DNA of 64,000 bases, taken from the NCBI GenBank assembly GCA_977017575.1, contig CDRNVI010000015.1:186001-250000 (forward strand), given 5' to 3'. The notes under the pieces are model-generated. The model made no database searches. It was not told where the DNA came from and was given only the letters and a program-made list of their open reading frames with translations. This DNA is from Paramoeba atlantica (Eukaryota; Protista; Discosea). The translations under genes and the position numbers were made by a program. Shown one piece after another: positions 30,334 through 38,800 of the stretch (its first letter is position 1; the number at the start of each line of letters is the position of its first letter).

Positions 30334-31359
30334 ATGTTCCACAAAATGTCTATATCTCTCTATACCGAGTTGGAATCAATACTGAAAATAGTACTTTTCA
30401 TGACATCATTCTACAATGGAATAGAATCTACATCTGCAACGCAACGCTCGCTATCTCCTGATCCACGGCCGCCCACTCACATAAGTGAAGCCGCATGGCC
30501 CAAGCTTAGTCCTGCTGTTTCTCGTCACACGTGTGATTCTTGGTGTGATTCCCCAGAGATCCTCGAACAGGATGCCACTGAACATTTGCATACTACTTCA
30601 CTAGGTGCGGCATATAACACTGATCATTACACTTGCAAGAATTCCACACCAAACCTCTGTAAAAAAAGGATAGACAAAATTAAAGGTGTTTCTTTTGATT
30701 GTGTCGTGCAAAAATTGGCATTGTGTGAGACTCAAACCAGTGATATGTGTTCAATTGGAAATTCAGCACAGCAAAGCACAATACAAGAAGTTGATCGATT
30801 CTTAAATTCACCATGTAGCACAATTTTGTATGAAGAATCGTCTTCTGAGCGTAACGCCGATGATAAAATAACGCAAATTGGTCAAGTAAAACATGCCCAT
30901 GGAAGCATCAAGAAATTATGGAATCGACTGCAAGAGATAAAGCTTCCCAACTTAACGGTTTTTAAACAAAACAATCGTTGCTCTCATCCTCTGCGCGCAG
31001 GTGGATATTGGGCAGTTTGGACACAAGGAGTGGAAGAGATAGGGCCCACTGCAAGCATACGTATGCAGCAACGAAACTTCAAAATTTTAGGGAACTGTCC
31101 CAAGTTTCGGCAGAGTAAGAAGCATCATACTTTCGAGATGCAAGCTCCGATTGGCGCTGCCAATGAAAACAATTGTTCACAGAATATTTTCTCGTATGAA
31201 AACAAAGGTGATGATACTCGGGAACTCGATATTTCTATTTATGAACTATGGATTCACGCTCATCGGGCTAAAATTGTTCTACTTGTTGTTCTTTTTATCG
31301 TTTGCGTACAAATTTATATGGATAGAGTTTTGCATTTTTCGGATCATGATACTTTATGA
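30334..31359 (+). CDS. Hypothetical tail-anchored protein
   Basis: 341-aa ORF ending in one hydrophobic helix (IVLLVVLFIVCVQIY). Confidence 0.6.
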   Translation: MFHKMSISLYTELESILKIVLFMTSFYNGIESTSATQRSLSPDPRPPTHISEAAWPKLSPAVSRHTCDSWCDSPEILEQDATEHLHTTSLGAAYNTDHYTCKNSTPNLCKKRIDKIKGVSFDCVVQKLALCETQTSDMCSIGNSAQQSTIQEVDRFLNSPCSTILYEESSSERNADDKITQIGQVKHAHGSIKKLWNRLQEIKLPNLTVFKQNNRCSHPLRAGGYWAVWTQGVEEIGPTASIRMQQRNFKILGNCPKFRQSKKHHTFEMQAPIGAANENNCSQNIFSYENKGDDTRELDISIYELWIHAHRAKIVLLVVLFIVCVQIYMDRVLHFSDHDTL

Positions 31360-31788
31360 AAAGCAGTTCGTTCTGCAAAGCTTTTCTTCGTTTTATTTTC
31401 CTTCGATATTTCAGTTCAGTTTGTTAATCTCGCTTTACGTAAATATAGCTTTCTTGCCTTGCATGAAGTATTTAGTGCGTCACTTAAACATTTAATTTCT
31501 ATGTTTAAAGTGAGTAAGAATTGTGCGCAATATTTTGATCGATTTTATACATGTCCCTACACAGTCTCATACGTATGCCATAATTCACTGTTCATATCCT
31601 ATTTACACTCGCTATTCATACCCGATTGATTGAATTTCAAGCAGATCTGAAAAGAAATTATTTACTTTTGATCGAAACCAATAAACTAGGCTGTTTAATG
31701 ATCAATATTATTGGTGAAAATATTGTAATAAACTTAATCAGCAGAATACCTTGTCATTACACAATATAAACTACAAATAACTACAAAT

Positions 31789-32427
31789 ATGAGCACCGAA
31801 ATTCAACCCTCTACCCAGGTTAATTCCACCAGCACCCTTCCCACCCTTCCAGAGATGGACCCTGTTGCGGCTACTGTGGAAATCCGACGGTACGAGTCTG
31901 GGCTACCCACCTTGAAGGTCTACATGGATGAGCGCAACCAGTACCTGTTTCTCCCCTCTGAGCACGTGTACGGCACCGAGGGCGCGGAACGGTTCCTACG
32001 CGCGGCGCCGGGAACCGCACAGAATCCGGTGCTATGCCGAACCCTCGCTCGGGGTTATCTCTGCCCTCGTGGGGCAACCTGTGGGTTTGTTCACGCGGAC
32101 TTGGCTGCAGCAGAGTTGAGCGCGGAGTACCGTAAAACAGATGTCCATCGGAATGATGCCATTGAGGTGGGATATCTGCGCTATCCGACGCTACCAGAGG
32201 GAACTACGCTTCCGGTGCCGCAGAAAGGGAATGAGGCATTCACCATATCGCTTCACTCCGAAATGCTTTACAAAACAAAGGGAGGAGAGAATTTATATCG
32301 GATGTACACGCAAAGTGGGGCTCCCGCAGGGCCTCGACGCTACACACGGTGTAATTTTTTCGAAATGAAAAAGATTTGTCATAAAGGGACGGATTGTGGT
32401 CATCTACACGTCGCGTATGACGAATGA
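31789..32427 (+). CDS. CCCH zinc-finger protein
   Basis: Two CCCH-type fingers: CRTLARGYLCPRGATCGFVH and CNFFEMKKICHKGTDCGHLH. Confidence 0.8.
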   Translation: MSTEIQPSTQVNSTSTLPTLPEMDPVAATVEIRRYESGLPTLKVYMDERNQYLFLPSEHVYGTEGAERFLRAAPGTAQNPVLCRTLARGYLCPRGATCGFVHADLAAAELSAEYRKTDVHRNDAIEVGYLRYPTLPEGTTLPVPQKGNEAFTISLHSEMLYKTKGGENLYRMYTQSGAPAGPRRYTRCNFFEMKKICHKGTDCGHLHVAYDE

Positions 32428-32564
32428 GAAGGTCTCCACGGCTCGGGAATATGATGCGTCTGTCACGAAGCTATTATTATATCAGAAAGCTCAAACAGCG
32501 TGTCAGAAAATTTCTTTCCGGGTGTTTTGTAATACACAACATTGAAAAATTGGATTACTATGAC

Positions 32565-32640
32565 CATACCCCTGCCGGGTAAATGGGTAATTACCCGGGT
32601 AAATTACCCATTTACCCGCTTTACCCACGTTTACCCGCTC
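32565..32640. repeat. Left TIR plus subterminal GGGTAA/TTACCC array
   Basis: gggtaaatgggtaattacccgggtaaattacccatttacccgctttacccacgtttaccc. Confidence 0.9.
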
Positions 32641-33814
32641 GATGACAGGAACTGAAAAGTTGTACCTTAAATGATTTTGAATGTTTTATTTTTGTATACC
32701 TATCGAAAAAATCTCAGATTCTTTTTCCTTCAATCATAATATCATTTACTTTGCTGATAGCGTTGCACTTTTATCGTCTATTTATTACATGCCCAAGCGA
32801 AGATCATCGACAGTCAGTACGCCCGAACCGATCGCTTCATCTGAATCAAGCTCTGAGGATGAGATAGTGACCCCGGACCCAAAGCGATCAAAGCGAAACG
32901 AGCGGCACAAGATGACGGTGAAGTCTTTGTCTGGGCACTTTAATTTGGCTCGCTGCCCGCCAAACTGTCCGCACGAACACGCGGATGTTCTTATAGACCC
33001 CCTTAACCAAAAAGTACACTTTGTGTGCACGACAGAGGGTTGCACATTTCAATCTCATTGCCGATCTAAAAACGTCTCACTCAGGTCGGAACCACGCTGC
33101 AGCTCTTGTTCGAACATAGCGAAAGTGACGAAGCGCCCTCGCGAATGCGAGAAGCACTTCTTTATCACAAGACTCGTCTACAAAAAAATCATAATATCCG
33201 CTTTTGGAACGATGTTCTCTGGTTCCGTCCCGGATGGATCGTTCAGTTCGCTCGTCCTTGTGGTCTTCTCCCCATCTCGGTGGCTCGAGCAAATAATGTT
33301 TTTGACAAAAATGCGGACGGTCCGTCGGCCGAGCTGCCGATCTTTCGTATTTCATCCGATGAGTGGGAAAAATACTTAGCATGCCTCGATTTCAGTTGGG
33401 ATCCGTCTAAGTTCAGCAACGAGTACGAATGGTGGTGTGGTCCTGGATGTGAAATGTTCCCAGCGATTTACGAAGCTGCCGTACACTACGTTTGGACGCC
33501 ACCCCTGGTCAACAGGTGCGACTCCTGTCTTTCCGTGCTTGGATATACGTGCTTGGATATATGTATAGCTCACGCCAGGCCTCCCTTGCTCCCGATGTTG
33601 TATCGCACCAGATATTCGTGCGAGGAAATTGTGACAAGCTAGGATATACAGGGGGGTAAATCAGATGTTGCGGGGGGTCTAAAAATTGCAAAACCCGTCA
33701 AATTTTGGAAAATGATAGCGCATTCGAGAGCTCTCGCAGAGTTCTATGTTTTTGCGCTATTTTCACCCCAAAAGAAAGCAATTTTGTTTATGACATTTTT
33801 TTTAAAGTTTTTTT

Positions 33815-33882
33815 GCCCCTCTAAAATTTGCAGTTTTTCCCAAATTTGCTCATTTTTTCGTTTTTTCTCCATTTCGTCTCAG
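33815..33882 (+). promoter_or_regulatory. Polypyrimidine tract and AG (putative trans-splice acceptor) for the transposase
   Basis: ...cattttttcgttttttctccatttcgtctcAG ends 4 nt before the ATG at 33887. Confidence 0.6.
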
Positions 33883-33886
33883 TTTT

Positions 33887-35008
33887 ATGCCGCGAAAGCG
33901 ATCCCGTTCTATGCAGAACAAAGGATCTCTCTCCGATAGGGCGTACTCCTCCCCTGGGCACACCAAATATTCACATAGGATGCTTCTTGTAAAAGATTAC
34001 GAGAATACAAATTCCTATAGTGCCACTTGCCGAAGAGAAGGCGTCCACCACAGCACTGTCAAGTTGTGGGTGAAACGCTTTGAGGAAACCGGGGACGTTG
34101 AACGTTCCACACCCCCTCGCGAACGCACTGTGGCGACACCCGGGCTTCTTGATGCGTGCCACGAGATTATTGACACGGCCAACACGTCAAGCACACGCGG
34201 TTGTCCCTCCTGGAATTTTATACTTCGAGAGGTCAGGAAACGAGGTTTCACCTGCAGCAGGCCAACTGTAGTAAATTTTTTGAGGGACGCCGGGATAATC
34301 CAACGTTCTTTTTCGAAAGGCCTTTTTTTAACTGAATCTCATAAGGCCAAGCGACTAACCTTTGCATTGAAAATGCAGAAGTGGTCTGTCGCACAGCTTC
34401 GTCACATTATTTGGTGTGACGAAAAAAAGTTTACTTGTCAACTTGGGTGCGAAAGCCGTTCTTACATTTGCAGAGCAAGTGACCCCCCGAAACCACCTCT
34501 AAAAGCTTCGCAAAAGTGGTTTGGGGGGGATGGAGTGAACGTTTGGATGGGTATAAGCTTTATTTATGGAATTTTTTATCATGTTTTTCCAAACAGGGAC
34601 AGTAATGGGAAAATTACCATCACTTCAGATGTTTTTAAATGCGCGATGACAAAAAGAGTGGGTTTTTTAAGTTTCTTAAAGCGTCATAGCGGGTCCCGGG
34701 TTGCTATGGATAATGCTCCTTGCCACAATGGCAGTTTTAGAACCTTTAAAGAAAACGAAGTCGTTGTTTTGGACTTTCCCCCAAAATCCCCAGATCTTAA
34801 CCCCATTGAAAACATTTGGGAAATTATGGATGCCTTTATTAAAAATGGTACAAATCCAGAAAATAGGACTGAACTCTTGTTTTCTATTGAAAGAGCGGTT
34901 GATTACATTAAAACAGATGGTCATGACATGCTCACTAACACTTTAAACAGCATGCCGCGGCGTTTCGACATAGTAGTAGAAAAAAAAGGAGAAAGTTGTA
35001 ATTATTAG
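33887..35008 (+). CDS. Tc1-like DDE transposase (DD32E)
   Basis: Bipartite HTH N-terminus, WCDEKKF, MDNAPCH, PPKSPDLNPIENIW; 32 residues between the second D and the E. Confidence 0.96.
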   Translation: MPRKRSRSMQNKGSLSDRAYSSPGHTKYSHRMLLVKDYENTNSYSATCRREGVHHSTVKLWVKRFEETGDVERSTPPRERTVATPGLLDACHEIIDTANTSSTRGCPSWNFILREVRKRGFTCSRPTVVNFLRDAGIIQRSFSKGLFLTESHKAKRLTFALKMQKWSVAQLRHIIWCDEKKFTCQLGCESRSYICRASDPPKPPLKASQKWFGGDGVNVWMGISFIYGIFYHVFPNRDSNGKITITSDVFKCAMTKRVGFLSFLKRHSGSRVAMDNAPCHNGSFRTFKENEVVVLDFPPKSPDLNPIENIWEIMDAFIKNGTNPENRTELLFSIERAVDYIKTDGHDMLTNTLNSMPRRFDIVVEKKGESCNY

Positions 35009-35579
35009 TCGTCTAAAACCTTTCTCACAATTTTTGTGTTTTGACGTTTTTGGGCTTCTTGTCAGTTGAACACCCCCCTATACCCCGGGAAGCTGCCTTT
35101 TCTAAAACACAGAACTCTTCGAGAGCTCTCGAATACGCTATCATTTTCCAAAATTGGAAAGGTTTTGCAATTTTTAGACCCCCCGCAGCATCTGATTTAC
35201 CCCCCTGTATGACTCAAGGTGATGCTGATTCGCTGGAAAATGATAGTGAGCTTGAATCATTGTCAGATACAGAACATAACTGACTTAACATTATGTGGAT
35301 TGTACGCAGTAGTTGTATTTGACTTTAGTACAGTGATTACTATACAGTATAGTATTAGTACTGTATGAAGCGGGGATAAGCCCGCCAGGTCAAGAAAAAA
35401 AATAAAAAAATAAAAAAAGATTGTTTGGTTTAGGGGATAGGAAAGGGGGGAAACCGAATGAAAGACGGATTTTTCCTTCTATGGATTGAGATACTGTTTC
35501 TGTAGCGACAACTTGCTCAGCAAAGTTGGCACAGTCATCGAGCTTTATTCTAGTACGGGATCGTATGATTGGTTGGTAA

Positions 35580-35675
35580 ATCTGGGTGAATGCGGGTAAA
35601 TGGGTCAATGACCCGGGTAAATTACCCGCGTTTACTACTACGTGGGTAATTACCCATTTTCCCGGCAGGGGTATG
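35580..35675. repeat. Right TIR plus subterminal array of the outer element
   Basis: gcgggtaaatgggtcaatgacccgggtaaattaccc...gggtaattacccattttcccggcaggggtatg. Confidence 0.9.
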
Positions 35676-35828
35676 TATGATCGTTGGAAACGGAATTTTA
35701 GAACATGTTAAGGCGAAAGTACGTGTAGATCATTTAATCATAGTGATATATCACTAGAGATTTCACCCAACCTTGATCCTGACAATCATCAAGTCAAAAT
35801 GCTGGGCGCGTTTTACCTGCTATAGCAT

Positions 35829-38800
35829 CTACTGGGGACTCCAGGTGGGAGAGTGGCGCATCACGTATAGCATAAAAGACGTTCGAAGAGCTGTCTCAGT
35901 CATTCTTTGCCGCATTTCTCGGACTTGTCTTGTTTGTTTTTGTCCGAAAATCCAAGAGAGGTCCATTACACTGTTGTTCAGTTTGCCGCGCGCTCCGACT
36001 TCAAATGTTAGTAGAGTAGTTCGGGGATTTGTCGTTTGACGGTATCTCAAGAGTTCTTCGTACTTCGCTCTCTTTCGCTCCTGTGCGAGATCAAAATTTT
36101 CTTCCCAAGGGCATGTGAGTTCTAGGATGAATTCAGATCCATCCTTAAGAGCCAACCAACCGTCAGGTCGGAGTACAGTGTAGTTCGTGAGCCAGGAAGG
36201 GGGGCAGCCACTGCTTTGTACACCAGGGAGGTCGAAGTACATCGACTGGATGTGGTCACTGGTTTTCAGAGTGTCAGAGAGTACTTTGAGAACTGCGTCA
36301 TGCCGGTATTTATAGCGTCCTTGTTCTAACGAAGTCGTGCATGAGGTGAGTATGTGGCGCAGTGTCTGTTTGCGCTCGGAACAAATAGGGCAAGTTACAT
36401 ACCCATCTGATTTCCCCCAGGATCTCGTATTAGTCTGCGATGGAGGGGCGTATCCTGTGAGCACCATGGATGTGAAGCGTGAAATCTCCTTTCCGTTTAA
36501 GTTATGTAAGGCTTTCGCATAGTCCGCAGCTAATTCCTCGTTGTCAGTGCTGTTGAACCATCTACCTGCAATAGGTGCTCGTCGTTGATATGCTGCTATC
36601 ATCTCTTCGTCCGTGTGCCGTCTCACCCAGGATAGCGCATCATTTCTGTCGTTTAATCGGTTTACGACGAGGTTTGCTGCGCGGTTCCGTTGGGAGTGTT
36701 GAAGGCTGGCTTCCCATTGCATACGATCTTCAAGTGTACGGTGTACTGATGAGCCCGTAGAAGCTGCTAAAGTAGTGAGGCAAGAGACAGTACACTCCTT
36801 CCATAAGCCTACTAGGGACGTAAGACCCCAGCCGCCGTTCCGGATGTATAGCTGGTCGGGGTGTGCGTACGACGCTAGGTTTATCCACTTTCGTAAATAT
36901 TTGCTACATATCTTTTGGAGTCTCCGAATAAGGTTATATGTAAGGCAATCGTGTATCGTCAGAAGGTATCGTAGTCGGCCCAGCACTGCATTCTGATACA
37001 TCCATATCTGCGCGTGTCCTATATGGTCGCTGTCATCAATTCTCTTCATCATGCTTCGGATCCTGTCTCTTAGTAGGGAGAACACCATGCGTGGGGTATC
37101 CTTTCCGGTGGCAATAGTCATCCCTAGGAACGTTGTGCCTTTATCTGCCACATGGGGAATCGCTTCTCCACATAGTTTGATTGTGGGGCGAAGAGTTGTG
37201 AAGCTTCGTTTCCCGTTGAACCCTAAGCTGTATACACGGCACTTTTGGGTGTTGGGTTTCATATGCAAGCACGCTAGGACAGTCTCAAGGAGTTCGGTCA
37301 CTTCCTGTGCATGATGTGCATTGTCTGTGAGAAAGGTGAGGTCGTCTGCAAACGCTTTGCAGAAGTGTAGGTCACGTCCAGTGGAGAATCCTAGTGTCGG
37401 ACGGGCTTTGCGGATGTAGCGGTAGACAACTTCCATGACCATATTGAACAGGATTGGCGAGAGAGTGTCACCCTGTAGGACTCCTCTTTGGGCTGGGATG
37501 GGTTCAGAGAGACCACCTGCGAGTTTCAAGCGAAGAGATGATCCTTGGTACATTTGCTCGACGTATTCAACAATGACTGAGTCTATCCTCGCCCACTTGA
37601 GCGCAGCAAGGATAATCTCGTGTGGCACCGATTCAAAGGCATTCGTTAGGTCGTACTGAACCATGCATAGGGGCTTTCTGTTCTGTTTAGCGTGGCGAAC
37701 GCATTGGCTAATGGCAGCTGTATGTTCTATGCATCCTGCTAGCTTCGGTAGGAACCCCTTTTGGACACTGGTGTCCAGAATATATTCCTTCGTTACGTGC
37801 TCGGTGATGCTTGAGGCGATAATGGAATGGAACAGCTTGCCTAGGCATGACGTAAGGGCGATTGGGCGCCAGTTTTTGGGATTGCTATCATCCCCACCCT
37901 TGTGGAGTAATTTTACGATGGCCGATTTCCACTGTGTGGGACACACTCTCCATCGAAGGAGGTTATTGAAGCAGTGTGCGATGTGGGGGTGAAGAGATTT
38001 GAGTTTCTTTAGTGCAGTATTCTGAATGGCGTCCTCCCCGGGGGCTGAACAAGATTTCTTTTTCATGGCAGCCCGTGTCACATCGCCTGGTGTGATATCA
38101 GACCAGTAATGTTGTTCCGCCATAGAATTCCCAGGGAGGTGCGAACGGTCTGGTAACATTGCCTTCGATTGTGACGCTTTGAGTTCGCGCTTGTAATGCT
38201 CGAGGACATCAGTATCCGCGCATGTCGGGTACTTGTGCACTGTGCTTTCCCCCGTCGGTCTCTCCAGCACTTCGGTGGCAGCCGCCCAGGCATTTCTCGC
38301 GAAACGATGGTTGGCTTCTTGTTGCGCTCGTCGGGTTCGTACCCTTTCCGCTTCCTTCGAGAAGTTGATTGCTGCTGATTGGGCGCTCTTCGCTTCCCTT
38401 AGAAGCCTGGTACGGTCAGACGAAGTTGCGTGCCTCGCTTTTTTGCGGAGGAGGTACGCCTCGGTTTCAAGCAACCTACGCGCTTTTTCGGCAGCAATAG
38501 GGCGTCGACGGAGGCACTGCGGGGGACCTCGTTGTCGAAGTGTAATTCCGTGATCCCCATGTTCTCGCGTGGCGGCAAGGGCGCAACTTACGACGATGCA
38601 AGCTGTGAGTAGAGTCACATTTTCTTCGGCCTCAGATTTGCTTTGAACGTCTTGTATACGAAAGCGAAGGAATAGCTCTTCGGCATGTGTATCGGCTACT
38701 TCCCACACATTGTAGTTTAACTTCAGATTCATGCGGCAACCAGCAATCCCTGCTGCGGCTGCTAAGAGGCTAGCACGGGACGTTGGATGGGGGAGGTTTC

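Larger units (their letters stand above)
33649..35207 (+). mobile_element. Tc1/mariner (IS630-Tc1-mariner superfamily) DNA transposon, apparently intact
   Basis: ~104-bp TIRs (33649-33752 and 35104-35207, 7 mismatches) starting CAGGGGGGTAAATC. TA duplicated at 33647-48 and 35208-09. Single transposase ORF; 1559 bp in total. Confidence 0.96.
32789..35283 (+). pseudogene. Disrupted ~306-aa Cys/His-rich cargo ORF of the outer TIR element
   Basis: ATG 32789 (MPKRRSS...). Three repairs give one continuous frame to TGA at 35281-35283: one frameshift (plausibly near the A7 run at 33182), removal of a 14-bp tandem duplication (33534-33561) and removal of the Tc1 element. Confidence 0.65.
32565..35675. 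mobile_element. TIR-bounded DNA element (unknown superfamily, apparently non-autonomous) hosting the Tc1-like insertion
   Basis: 32-bp TIRs match 31/32: catacccctgccgggtaaatgggtaattaccc (32565-32596) and its inverse at 35644-35675. Both ends have subterminal arrays of gggtaa(a)ttaccc palindromes. Confidence 0.85.

Noticed and set aside
32465-32490. SL-like gctattattatatcag as the 3' target half of the retroelement
   Set aside because: Short AT-rich match in the wrong orientation relative to the element.
32789-33642. Cargo ORF as a Fanzor/TnpB nuclease or a THAP/P-element transposase
   Set aside because: No RuvC D-E-D pattern and too short. The CTTEGC...CEKHF spacing resembles THAP but lacks the conserved Pro, Trp and Phe.
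35490-35505. Further SL-like word gatactgtttctgtag
   Set aside because: 14/16 match with no matching 3' tail and not upstream of any ORF; borderline for chance.
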